A stretch of 64,000 nucleotides of DNA from an uncultured Alphaproteobacteria bacterium (lineage in GTDB: Bacteria; Pseudomonadota; Alphaproteobacteria; Rhizobiales; Beijerinckiaceae). A program made the position numbers and the translations under genes. Below are positions 30,719 through 39,955 of this stretch, piece after piece; the stretch's first letter is position 1, and each line of letters opens with the position of its first letter. The stretch is from NCBI GenBank assembly GCA_963748545.1, contig CAVVJO010000018.1, positions 18,535-82,534 of the forward strand. Direction: 5' to 3'. The notes under the pieces were generated by a model that saw only the letters and a list, made by a program, of their open reading frames with translations, was not told the origin of the DNA and searched no databases.

Positions 30719-31768
30719 ATGCAACGTGGCGCTTTCCTGAAGACAGCCCAACCCGAAGCACTTTCCTTGATTAAGCAAATTGAAATCGGCGGTATGCGCC
30801 AATTCGCGATGATAAGCGCCAGCGAGATTGCCGCTTCATCCGCAGCCGAACGCGCTGCAGTTGAGCAGATCACGGCCGACGTTGCAGCTGGGGCTCGTAA
30901 TGGGTTTGGCGTGCTCTTGTTGGAGAACAACTCCCCAGGCTTGTGTCTCATCACATCGGAGAAGAGCGAGGCCCACTCCCAACTTATTCTTAAGAACGCG
31001 GACAAATTGACATTCGATATGCACGTCGCCCCAACCCTAGCAATCAAGTCGCTCGAGGACGCTTTCCTCGCCACAGAAAAAGCCCAGTGTGGGGCGGTTT
31101 ATGCATCTGCATCTGATCTCAAGACCATCAGTGGAAGTTTGGCTGGCGCGGGCATCAAATCCACCTTCTCCAGCCTTTGGATTGCTCCTTCGGAGCTTGA
31201 CGCCAAGGACGCCGAATTGGCTGATCAGAAACAACTCGAGGCACAGCAGTCTCTTGACCGCCAGCAAAGGGCCGACGACGAAGCACGCCTGCGGGCACAG
31301 CGTGATAAGGATCTTGCCTCAACCCAGTCCGTGCAGCAGGCGGAATTGCGCACCAAGTACGAGGGATCTGCCCAGGCGGCTGTGGCCGCCATCGTCGCGG
31401 ACGTCAAAAACTGGGAACAAAACCAGACTGGACCTGTTGGGGTTGAATTTTCAGAATTTAGTGAGTGGTTAGGTGCAATTAGATCTGACCACTGGGAAAT
31501 CATGACGACTGGCTCCGAGGTTCAGGACTATGGAACTTCGGACTTTAAGGGCCGCTCGTTGGATACCGCCCTTGCCCGTGTCACCATACGCATTAAGAAC
31601 TCGATCCTGGGTGAGTATAAGGATGCGTGCTTCGTCTTCGCGCGAATGGTCGATCCAGAATTCAATATGGTTCGTGAGCCTGTGTCCGCGCCCTGCGAGA
31701 ACATGGACCCTGTCAGAGTTTGGCAAACGGGGCACAGGTTTGAGAGCCGGTGGGTCGTCGGCGGCTAA
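30719..31768 (+). CDS. hypothetical protein with central coiled-coil (no recognised family), low-GC islet
   Basis: Same frame as the preceding ORF, separated only by TAA 30644-30646 plus 72 stop-free nt. No SD before ATG 30719. Coiled-coil ELADQKQLEAQQSLDRQQRADDEARLRAQRDKD. Confidence 0.5.
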   Translation: MQRGAFLKTAQPEALSLIKQIEIGGMRQFAMISASEIAASSAAERAAVEQITADVAAGARNGFGVLLLENNSPGLCLITSEKSEAHSQLILKNADKLTFDMHVAPTLAIKSLEDAFLATEKAQCGAVYASASDLKTISGSLAGAGIKSTFSSLWIAPSELDAKDAELADQKQLEAQQSLDRQQRADDEARLRAQRDKDLASTQSVQQAELRTKYEGSAQAAVAAIVADVKNWEQNQTGPVGVEFSEFSEWLGAIRSDHWEIMTTGSEVQDYGTSDFKGRSLDTALARVTIRIKNSILGEYKDACFVFARMVDPEFNMVREPVSAPCENMDPVRVWQTGHRFESRWVVGG

Positions 31769-31795
31769 CGCTCGCCGCTGCCTAGGGCGAAAGCA

Positions 31796-32383
31796 TTAAT
31801 TATTCGCCGGCTTCGACCGCGCGGCGAGCGCTTCGAGCTTGGCGACCATGGCGTCGCTGTCCCACTCGGCCGCGCCCTCGCGGATGGCGAGCGCCGCGCC
31901 GTCGCGGCCGACGATCAGCGTGGTCGGGAAGCCCCGGGCGCTGAGCCCGGTCGCAAGCCGGCCCTCGGGGTCAAGGTAGAGTTTCAGGCGCTTCAGCCCC
32001 ATCCGCTCGAAGGTCTCGCTCGAGGGCGACGGGCCGACCGGGTCCTTGGTCACGGCGACGACCGCGAAGTCCTTGTCCGGCAGGCGGGCGGCCAGCCGGT
32101 CGAGCGAGGGCATCTCCTGAAGGCACGGCCCGCACCAGGGCGCCCAAAGGTTGAGGATCACCGTCTTGCCGCGGAACGCCTCGATCGAAACCGGGCGGCC
32201 GGACGCGTCGAGGAAGGCGCTGAGCTCAACCGGCTCCCGGTTCAGAAGCTCGACGAAATCCGTCGTTGCGGGCGGCCGCTGCGCCTGGAGCGCCGCGAGG
32301 ATCGCAACGCCGATCCCAAGCAGAAGCGCGAGCGCGGCCCATTCGCGCCTTTTGCGGGCGGGCGCCGCGACGGTCGCGCTCAT
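31796..32383 (-). CDS. TlpA-family thiol:disulfide oxidoreductase (membrane-anchored thioredoxin)
   Basis: N-terminal TM anchor and the thioredoxin motif LNLWAPWCGPCLQEMP. The ATG overlaps the stop of the upstream HCO-like gene. Confidence 0.88.
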   Translation of the reverse strand: MSATVAAPARKRREWAALALLLGIGVAILAALQAQRPPATTDFVELLNREPVELSAFLDASGRPVSIEAFRGKTVILNLWAPWCGPCLQEMPSLDRLAARLPDKDFAVVAVTKDPVGPSPSSETFERMGLKRLKLYLDPEGRLATGLSARGFPTTLIVGRDGAALAIREGAAEWDSDAMVAKLEALAARSKPANN

Positions 32384-33792
32384 CCCGCGGCGCCCGGCAT
32401 CCTCGGCCGCGTCAGCGCCCGGATCGCGACAAGGACGAAGGCCGCCCCGCCCAGGATGGTGAAGATCGAGGCGATCCCGTGCACCCCCATGCCGGCCGCC
32501 GCCACCGGATCGAGCGAGCCGACCCCGCTCGGGGTCTTGCGCAACGCGCCATAGCCGCCCGCGACGAACATGCCGATCGAGGCCACGAACTGGCCGCCGG
32601 CGTAAAGTCCGATCAGCCAGCGCACGGCGCGCGCGGGCGCCGGCGGAAGCTGCAGCGCGTCGAGGCCGAAGGTCAGCAGCATGCCCGCGCTCGACACGCT
32701 GACGGCGGTGACGACCGCGTGGTAGTGCGCGGGCGTCCTGGTGTCGGAGCCCGTGATCAGAAAGCCCATGACGCCGCCCAGCGCAAAGAGCGCGAGCGAG
32801 GCCGCGAGGGTGAAAAAGGCCGGGTCGCGCCACGGCCATGGCCGGCCGCCGAGCGCGGCGCGGGCGTCGCGCACGAGCGCGATCGCAAACACCAGCGTCG
32901 GCAGCGCGAGCCCGAACTGGAGCAGCCGGAAGGCCTCGTGCTGCTGAGGCGAGAAGGGCGCGAACGCCGCATAGAGGAACGGCCCCGGAAGGGCGAAAAG
33001 CGCAATCGTGCCGACGGCGACGCGGAAGACTCCATCGGCGGCCGCCACCTCCCCAAAGCTGCGGCCGGCGAGAATCCGCCAATTGCTGAGGAGCAGGATC
33101 GCGTTGACGAACTGCAGCAGGTGCCCCCCGCCCCAGAACAGGGCTTCCCGGTCGGCGAGGAACGGGTCCTGCCGCGACAGCAGGACCCCGGCGACGCCGA
33201 ACGATACGAGCGCCAGGACAAAGACGAACCCGGCCAGAGCCATCGACAGGGTCAGCGTCGGCAAGGACCGCCGTCCGGGAAGATTGACGAACAGGCGCAC
33301 GACCGGGGCAAGCACCCCGAGCGCCAGAAGGACGAGGCCGATATCGTAGGCCGGATGGCGCAGGAGCGGGATATAGTTGGTCAGCTCCGGCTGCGTCTGA
33401 TCGAGAAAGGCTGGCGCGAACAGGCAGGGGAAGGCGACGAGCGCGACGCCCTGCCCGATCCGCCCGAGCGCGCCCGCCCGCGGCGCGCCGCCAGCGGCCT
33501 CGCGGGTCGCGACCGTGGTCAGAAACGCGAACACGCCGAAGAGCCAGATCACCAGCGAAAAGATCACGTGGATGACCAGGCCCTTGTAGAAGAACCCGAT
33601 CGGCCAGAGCGGCGCCTTGTCCATGCCCGGAACGCGCGAGAGCGCAAGCAGCAGGGCGAAGACGCCGGCCAGCGCCAGCGCGCCGACCGCGATCCACGCC
33701 CAGCCCCTGAGTTCGCCGGAGAGCGCCGTCCCCGCAGCGCGATCGGGCGCGTACGCCGCGGCGCGGGGCGAGGCGTGAACGATCCCGCTCAT
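32380..33792 (-). CDS. haem-copper oxidase subunit I-like 12-TM membrane protein (divergent, stand-alone)
   Basis: 470 aa with about 12 hydrophobic helices. His positions resemble HCO helices II (GLVIHVIF), VI (LFWGGGHLLQF) and X (TPAHYHAVV). The helix VII position reads QQH rather than HH. Alignment was done by eye only. Confidence 0.6.
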   Translation of the reverse strand: MSGIVHASPRAAAYAPDRAAGTALSGELRGWAWIAVGALALAGVFALLLALSRVPGMDKAPLWPIGFFYKGLVIHVIFSLVIWLFGVFAFLTTVATREAAGGAPRAGALGRIGQGVALVAFPCLFAPAFLDQTQPELTNYIPLLRHPAYDIGLVLLALGVLAPVVRLFVNLPGRRSLPTLTLSMALAGFVFVLALVSFGVAGVLLSRQDPFLADREALFWGGGHLLQFVNAILLLSNWRILAGRSFGEVAAADGVFRVAVGTIALFALPGPFLYAAFAPFSPQQHEAFRLLQFGLALPTLVFAIALVRDARAALGGRPWPWRDPAFFTLAASLALFALGGVMGFLITGSDTRTPAHYHAVVTAVSVSSAGMLLTFGLDALQLPPAPARAVRWLIGLYAGGQFVASIGMFVAGGYGALRKTPSGVGSLDPVAAAGMGVHGIASIFTILGGAAFVLVAIRALTRPRMPGAAG

Positions 33793-33796
33793 GGCG

Positions 33797-34228
33797 TCAG
33801 CTCCCCGGCAGGGGATAGAGGTGGACCGCCATCACGTAGACCACCAGACCCGACACCGCGACGAACATCCATGAGGGGTAGGTGACCCGCGCAAAGCGGC
33901 GATGCACGGCGAACCGGCCCTTCAGGGCGTTGTAGAGCGTGATCGGGACCAGCACCGCGACCGCGAAGGCCATCACGACGTGAATCGCGAGCAGCGTGAA
34001 ATAGATCGGCCTGATGACGCCCTCGCCGCCGAATTTCGCGAGGCCCGCGAAGGCGTGATAGACGAGATAGACCGCCAGAAAGACCGCGCCGATCGCGATC
34101 GCGACCAGCATCGCGCGCCGGTGGCCCTCGCGATCCTTGGCCCGGATACGACTGTAGGCGTAGAGGAGCACGACGATCGTCGCCGCATTGAGAACGGCGA
34201 GCACGTGCGTGAGATCGTGAATCGTCAT
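33797..34228 (-). CDS. DUF420 (CtaM-like) membrane protein
   Basis: MTIHDLTHVLAVLNAATIVVLLYAY...HRRAMLVAIAIGAVFLAVYLVYH...IHVVMAF...HRRFARVTYPSWMFVAVSGLVVYVM. Four TM helices, typical of DUF420. Confidence 0.8.
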   Translation of the reverse strand: MTIHDLTHVLAVLNAATIVVLLYAYSRIRAKDREGHRRAMLVAIAIGAVFLAVYLVYHAFAGLAKFGGEGVIRPIYFTLLAIHVVMAFAVAVLVPITLYNALKGRFAVHRRFARVTYPSWMFVAVSGLVVYVMAVHLYPLPGS

Positions 34229-34230
34229 CG

Positions 34231-34359
34231 CTAGTGACCGAAGGTCGGCGGGTTCATGAACACGAAGGCGTAGAGCGCTACGGCGACGCCGACGAGAACA
34301 GCCAGGAGAATCCAATTGGCTGTCGTGGCGTCGTGGTCGTTACGAGACTTCTCGGGCAT
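34231..34359 (-). CDS. small single-TM protein (cytochrome oxidase small assembly protein-like position)
   Basis: MPEKSRNDHDATTANWILLAVLVGVAVALYAFVFMNPPTFGH (42 aa). Sits directly between ctaB and the DUF420 gene, 2 nt from the DUF420 start. Confidence 0.5.
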   Translation of the reverse strand: MPEKSRNDHDATTANWILLAVLVGVAVALYAFVFMNPPTFGH

Positions 34360-34471
34360 CGGATCGCTCTTGATAAGGGGCCTCGCGCCGAACGCCTGCG
34401 GGCCCGGCGAAGGCAGGCGCGCGAAGGCGCGGCTTGCGCCGGCGGCGGGGGTCGCCATGGTCGGCAAACGC

Positions 34472-35415
34472 CTAGCGCCTAAGCAGAACCTCTGCAAGCA
34501 GGGCGGCGTAAATCAGGAACATGTAGAGGATCGAGTAGCCGAACAGCGCCATCGCCGCCTTGCGGCGCGGCCCTTCCTCGCCGTCGCGGAGCCGGTAGAG
34601 CGCGAGAACCCGCCACAGCAGGACGCCGTCGCAAACCGCGGCGATAACGGCGTAAAGAAGTCCGACGCCGGGGATCAGCAGCGGCCCGAACGAGGACGCT
34701 GCGAGCAGGACCGCATAGATCGCGATCTGCCGGCAGGTTTCGGCGGGACCGACGACATTCGGCAGCATCGGCACGCCGACGCGCTCGTAGTCGCCGCTGC
34801 GGCAGAGCGCCAGCGCCCAGAAGTGCGGCGGCGTCCACAGGAAAATGAACAGGAACAGTGCGAGCGAGCCGACCGACACGCTTCCCGTCGCCGCGGCCCA
34901 GCCGATCAGCGGCGGCAAGGCGCCGGCGGCGCCCCGATCACGATATTTTGCGGCGTCCGGCGCTTCAGCACCATGCTGTAAAGCGGGATGTAGATCGCGA
35001 TCGTCAGGGCGAGCAGCGCGGAGGCCAGCCAGTTGACCTGAACGCCCAGCGCAATGACCGAAACGACGCCCAGCAAGAGGCCGATCGCCAGCGCCTGGTT
35101 CGGGGGAACGGTTCCGCGCGGGATCGGCCGCATTGCGGTTCGCGCCATCTTGGCGTCGATGTCGGCGTCCCACCACATGTTGAGCGCGCCGCAGGCGCCC
35201 GCGCCCGCCGCCATGGCGGAGAGCGTCGCGAGCATCGCCAGGCCATGAAAGGGAACCGGCGCGAGCGCGAAGCCGACCGCGCCCGTGAACACCACGAGCG
35301 ACATCACCCGCGGCTTCAGAAGGACAAGATGATCGACGACTCCGCCCTTCGCCGCGCGGGGCTCGTCCGCTCGACGTTCGACCCTGCGCGCGATCGTACC
35401 GACCCGTGTCGTCAC
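34472..35415 (-). CDS. ctaB: protohaem IX farnesyltransferase (haem O synthase), apparent 1-nt deletion in the G-run at 34932-34935
   Basis: VDHLVLLKPRVMSLVVFTGAVGF...NMWWDADIDAKMARTAMRPIPRG...YSMVLKRRTPQNIVIG in one frame. Then GAAGALPPLIGWAAATG...FLWTPPHFWALAL...VGVPMLP in the other. GTG start. Confidence 0.88.
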
Positions 35416-35643
35416 TATGCCCTCATCGTCTGAACCGCCCCCGGCGCATTCCGTCCGACCGCTTTCGCTTCGATCGGACGTTCTCGATAAGCCGTCGTTC
35501 GATCGGAATCGCCGACGGTTCTGTCTTTACCCAAATCCACGATGATCGACATCACATGTCAAGCGAAGTCGCAAGCCGATTTTGGAGCGAGACTCCCGTT
35601 GCAGGGACCTGACCCCCTGCATCAACCGGACCTGAACGCGCCG

Positions 35644-37434
35644 TCAAGCGACGTTGTCCATGACGGTTCCGGCCGTCTCGAACTGCAGCCTCGCAAGCCT
35701 GGCGTAGACGCCGCCCTTCGCCACCAGCTCCGCGTGCGAGCCTTCCTCGACGATGCGGCCCGCTTCCATGACGAGAATGCGGTCCGCCTTCTGCACCGTC
35801 GCCAGCCGGTGGGCGATGACCAGCGTCGTGCGTCCGTTCATCACCTCGTCGAGCGCCGCCTGAACCTGCGCTTCGTTGTGGGCGTCGAGCGCGGAGGTCG
35901 CCTCGTCGAGCAGCAGGATCGGCGCGTCCTTGAGGATCGCCCGCGCGATCGCCAGGCGCTGCCGCTGCCCGCCTGACAGCGTGACGCCCCGCTCGCCGAG
36001 TTCGGTCGCGTAGCCCTCGGGCAGCTCGCGGATGAAACCGTCCGCAGCCGCGCGCCGCGCCGCAGCCTCGATCGCCTTTTCGCTCGCCTCGCCCCGGCCG
36101 TAGGCGATGTTCTCCGACACGGTTCCCCCGAAAATCGACGGGTCCTGCGGCACGGGCGCGATCCGCGCGCGGAGGGCGGCGGGATCGACGGTCTTCACGT
36201 CGACCCCGTCGATCAGCACCCGGCCCTGTTCGCAGTCGTAGAAGCGCATGATCAACTGGAACACCGTCGATTTCCCCGCGCCGGAGACCCCGACCAGAGC
36301 GACCCTCTCCCCGGGCGCGATCGCGAAACTCAGGTTGTCGATCACCAGAACGTCGGGCGCCCGGCATAGGCGAACGACACGCGCTCGAAGGCGATCGCGC
36401 CTCGCGCCGGGGGCATCGCGACGGGACGCGTCGGCGCGACGATGTGGGGGGCGACGGCGAGCAACTCGGAAAGCCGCCCGGCGGCGCCGGCCGCTGCGGC
36501 GGCCTCGCTCCACACCTGCGACAGCTCGCCAAGCGAGGTCGCTGCGAGCACCGCGAACAGCACGAATTGCGACAGGAGGCCGCCGCTCATGCTGCCCGTC
36601 GAGCACGTCATGCGCGCCGAGCCAGAGAACGAAGACGACCGCGCAGAAGGCCAGCGACACCGCGACGGCGATCAGAATCGCGCGCGTGACCGCGGCGTCA
36701 CGGGCGGCCGCATAGGCGCTCTCGACCGCGCGGGCGAACCGGGCCGCGCTCGCCGTCTCAGCCCCGAACGCCTGCATCGTCCTGACGCCGCCGAAGCTCT
36801 CGGAGGCGAAAGCGGTCGCATCGGCAAGGGTGTCCTGGGCGTGGCGCGATCGGCTGCGCACGATCCGGCCCGAGGCGATCAGCGGCGCGGCGATGAGCGG
36901 TATGGCGACGAGCACCAGCGCAGAGAGCTTGGGGCTGGTATAGACCATCAGCGCCGTCGCGCCGACGAACATGAAGAGATTGCGCAGCGCGATCGAGGCC
37001 GAGGCGCCGAAGGCGGACTTGATCTGGGTCGTGTCGGCGGTGAGGCGGGAGACGAGCTCTCCGGTGCGGGCGCGATCGTAGAAGGCGGCGTCGAGCCCGG
37101 TCAGATGGGCGAAGACTTCGCGCCTGAGGTCGGCGACGACGCGCTCGCCGAGCGTGGTGACGAGGTAATAGCGGGTGGCGGCGGCGAGCGCGATCACGAT
37201 CACCACGGCGGCCATCGCCACGAAATAAGCGTCGACCGCGCCGCCGCTGTCCTTCGAGAAGCCGAAGTCGATCATGCGCCTCAGCGCGAACGGCACCGCC
37301 AGCGTCGCAACCGACGACACGAGGAGCGCCGCCAGCGCCGCGAGCGCCCGGCCCTTGTAGCGCGATCCGTAGCGCAACAGAGGAAGGAGAGCGCGGAACG
37401 AGGCGCGCTTGGGCGGTGTCGGGGCGTCGGTCAT
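35644..37434 (-). CDS. ABC transporter, fused permease/ATPase (ABCB/MsbA-Atm1-like exporter), two compensating frame breaks (~36596, ~36356)
   Basis: Six-TM domain, then Walker A GVSGAGKST, signature LSGGQRQRLAIARA and Walker B ILLLDEATSALD. The segment 36356-36596 is correct only in the frame of track ORF 36342..36611 (SMSGGLLSQFVLFAVLAATSLGELSQVW...). Confidence 0.88.
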   Translation of the reverse strand: MTDAPTPPKRASFRALLPLLRYGSRYKGRALAALAALLVSSVATLAVPFALRRMIDFGFSKDSGGAVDAYFVAMAAVVIVIALAAATRYYLVTTLGERVVADLRREVFAHLTGLDAAFYDRARTGELVSRLTADTTQIKSAFGASASIALRNLFMFVGATALMVYTSPKLSALVLVAIPLIAAPLIASGRIVRSRSRHAQDTLADATAFASESFGGVRTMQAFGAETASAARFARAVESAYAAARDAAVTRAILIAVAVSLAFCAVVFVLWLGAHDVLDGQHERRPPVAIRAVRGARSDLAWRAVAGVERGRRSGRRRRAAFRVARRRPPHRRADASRRDAPGARRDRLRARVVRLCRAPDVLVIDNLSFAIAPGERVALVGVSGAGKSTVFQLIMRFYDCEQGRVLIDGVDVKTVDPAALRARIAPVPQDPSIFGGTVSENIAYGRGEASEKAIEAAARRAAADGFIRELPEGYATELGERGVTLSGGQRQRLAIARAILKDAPILLLDEATSALDAHNEAQVQAALDEVMNGRTTLVIAHRLATVQKADRILVMEAGRIVEEGSHAELVAKGGVYARLARLQFETAGTVMDNVA

Positions 37435-37504
37435 GGACGCCTTCCTAAACGCTTCGGACGGCAAAGACACGGCCGGCGGATGGCCCCCGTGGGCAAAATC
37501 CGCC

Positions 37505-38071
37505 TCACGCGCTCCGGGACCCCGTCCAATCGACCATGGTCACGCCGTCGTCGAACGTGTGGGCCGGCTGGGCCTCCAGCCCGGCCCCGGCCAGAACCTC
37601 CTCGGGCGAGCGCCCGGTCAACTGCTCGCGGAAAAGCGGAACGCCTCCGGGCAGGCGGACGCCGGGCGCGTGGCTCAGATGAAAAACGTCGTAGCCGATC
37701 GTGAGAAACAGGCTGAAGACAAACGTCCCGCCGATGACGGCGATCGTGCCCGCCTCGACTCCAAGCGCATTCCGGGCCTGCTCGAACGGCGCGCCGCCGG
37801 GATTCCAGAGCCACGCGTTCGGATTAGCCGGGTCCGGCGCCAGCCCGGCGATGCGCCGCGTCACCACCAGCCGGCGCCTTTGGGGCGAATTCGGCTGCCA
37901 TTCATAGGACAGCGACCCGTTGATCAGGATCGTCGCGCGATCGAGCGCCTCCTCGTACACCTTCTGATCGGACGCGAACTTGAGCGAATTCGGCATCAGA
38001 CCGTCCGCAGCCGCGATCATGCCGTCCTCGGAGACGATCGCGTGACCCTCGATGGCAAACTGACCGCGCAT
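37505..38071 (-). CDS. dihydrofolate reductase-like (RibD C-terminal domain) family protein
   Basis: 188 aa: MRGQFAIEGHAIVSEDGMIAAADG...LVVTRR...IAVIGGTFVFSLFL... matches the RibD_C/DHFR-like pattern. Confidence 0.65.
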   Translation of the reverse strand: MRGQFAIEGHAIVSEDGMIAAADGLMPNSLKFASDQKVYEEALDRATILINGSLSYEWQPNSPQRRRLVVTRRIAGLAPDPANPNAWLWNPGGAPFEQARNALGVEAGTIAVIGGTFVFSLFLTIGYDVFHLSHAPGVRLPGGVPLFREQLTGRSPEEVLAGAGLEAQPAHTFDDGVTMVDWTGSRSA

Positions 38072-38172
38072 GCGCCGACCTCCGACTGCGTAAGAAGCGA
38101 GTTTGTGTGGAGCGTCGGCGTCGACCCCCTCTCACCGCTTGCGGGGATTGGGCCGGGGCCTCCGCGGCTTAA

Positions 38173-38198
38173 CCTTCTCCCCGTGAACGGGGAGAAGG
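38173..38198. repeat. perfect 11-bp stem / 4-nt loop hairpin (REP-like intergenic element)
   Basis: CCTTCTCCCCG-TGAA-CGGGGAGAAGG lies between two minus-strand genes. No adjacent T-run. A related CTCCCC...GGGGAG hairpin is at 50373-50393. Confidence 0.6.
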
Positions 38199-38237
38199 AA
38201 CCGCGCCTCTCCCGAATCGCAACCAGCTCCAGGTCTT

Positions 38238-39003
38238 CTACGAGCCCAGCGCCTTAATGGTTTCGATCATGGCGCCGGGCGGGAGCTTGAACAATCCGGA
38301 GTAGGGCTGCGACAGCTCGATGATGATGAAGATGGCGCTGGCGACCGCGATCGCGCCGAGCGCCAGCGCCGTGACGACCGTGGCGTTGACCGGCGACACC
38401 AGCCCATAGCCGCAAAAGAGAAGGAGCGACCAGCAAACGACGATCGCCAGCATCGGCCAGGAAATGCCGCCGGCCAGTTGCAGCGTCATCAGGACCCGGG
38501 TCTGGGCGATCTGGCTCGCGGCGACGTTGGCGGTCGCCAGCACCTGCTTCTGGGCGTCGGTCTTCGGAGTGAGCGACATCAGAAACATCTCGAGCATCTT
38601 GCTTCCGGCCAGGACGGGCTTGACGCTCAGGCTCTCGACGTCGGCGTCCTCCTGGCCCCAGATCCTGTTGTAGCTCTGCGTGATCGCCTTCCTTAAGCCG
38701 TCGCGGCCCGGTTGCGCCTCGGGGCCGAAAGCCTCGAGCGCCGAATTCGAGCTGCAGGGTTCTGGCCGCCAGGGTCTCGAGCTCCGCCTTTTGCGTGGCG
38801 TAAACCGTATAGGCCGAGCCGACCAGCGTGCCGAGGACGAGGGCCAGCAGAAGGCTGAGCATCCCGGTCATCGCTCCGATCATTTCGCGGGAGCGGTCGG
38901 GGGCGTGCTTTTCGGGCAGCCAGACGTGCAGCGTGAGACCCAGCATGCCCGCGCCGAAGGCGAACACGGCGATGCCGACCACGAAAATCAGCGTATTCAC
39001 CAA
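38238..39003 (-). CDS. DUF4239 domain membrane protein, frame break near 38740
   Basis: MVNTLIFVVGIAVFAFGAGMLGL...GAMTGMLSLLLALVLGTLVGSAY...LQLEF, then after the shift ALEAFGPEAQPGRDGLRKAITQSY...MLEMFLMSL...GISWPMLAIVVCWSLLLFCGYG...IIELSQPYSGLFKL. Confidence 0.7.
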
Positions 39004-39229
39004 AACACCCCCCAGACCTTTGCGAGCGCGTGCGGCGGGCGCGGCCCCTACCCTGTCGCAAGGGCGGGCGTCCTTTGCCGGACGCCCGACCGGAGCCCGC
39101 CTTCCATAGCCGCGGCCCCAAACGCCGTTTACGCCGCCCGCGACCGTCCTATCAACCCGCCAGTCTATTCAGCCGCGCGAATTTCCCCTAAGAGCCGCAT
39201 CCCGAACGCAACCGCCGGACGCCTCTCCC

Positions 39230-39955
39230 ATGAACGGACGCAGACTGATTCCTGGGAAGCCCGTACCGCCTTCGGACATCCCGGACTATACGATTGCCCG
39301 CGACACGCTCGACGAGACGCCGTCGGCCCTGTTTCTCGATCGGCTCGCCCGCCTCAACGCGATCGTGGAGGCGTCCGGAGAGCCGTTGGAAGGCAACATC
39401 TTCTACCCCGATCTCGATCCGGCTTACGCCAGGAACCCTCCCGCGCCCGCCCTCGCGCCGGCGCGGCGCAATTTCTGGCGCGCGGCGCGGTTCAAGCGGC
39501 GGCTCCTCGAAGTCGGCGTCAACGCCGGACACAGCGCGCTCCTCGCGCTTTCGGCCAACAGGACCCTCGAATACACCGGCGTCGACATTCTGGCCCACGC
39601 CTATACGGTCGAATGCATCGATTTTCTCAAGGGCGAGTTCCCCGGCCGCGTGCACCTCTTTCCCGGCGATTCCCGAGAGGTGCTGCCCTGGCTCGCCGAC
39701 CGGGGCGAAGCGACGGACTTCGATCTCTTCGCCGTCGACGGCGGCCACACCGACGAGGTCTGTCTTTCGGACATGACCCACTGCGTCCGCATGGGCGCCG
39801 GCCAGAGGGGCCGCCACTTGCTCCTGGACGACGTGCACGCGAGCTGGATCTTCGACATTTATTGCGAATTCGTGGCGCGCGGCGAACTCACCGCCGAGAC
39901 GTTCTTCGACGACTGGGAGGACGCCGGCCGCAATCTGCTGGCGCGGATCGAGTGA
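39230..39955 (+). CDS. class I SAM-dependent methyltransferase
   Basis: LLEVGVNAGHSALLAL (motif I-like) and FDLFAVDGGHTDE. The stop overlaps the GTG of the downstream glycosyltransferase gene. Confidence 0.7.
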   Translation: MNGRRLIPGKPVPPSDIPDYTIARDTLDETPSALFLDRLARLNAIVEASGEPLEGNIFYPDLDPAYARNPPAPALAPARRNFWRAARFKRRLLEVGVNAGHSALLALSANRTLEYTGVDILAHAYTVECIDFLKGEFPGRVHLFPGDSREVLPWLADRGEATDFDLFAVDGGHTDEVCLSDMTHCVRMGAGQRGRHLLLDDVHASWIFDIYCEFVARGELTAETFFDDWEDAGRNLLARIE

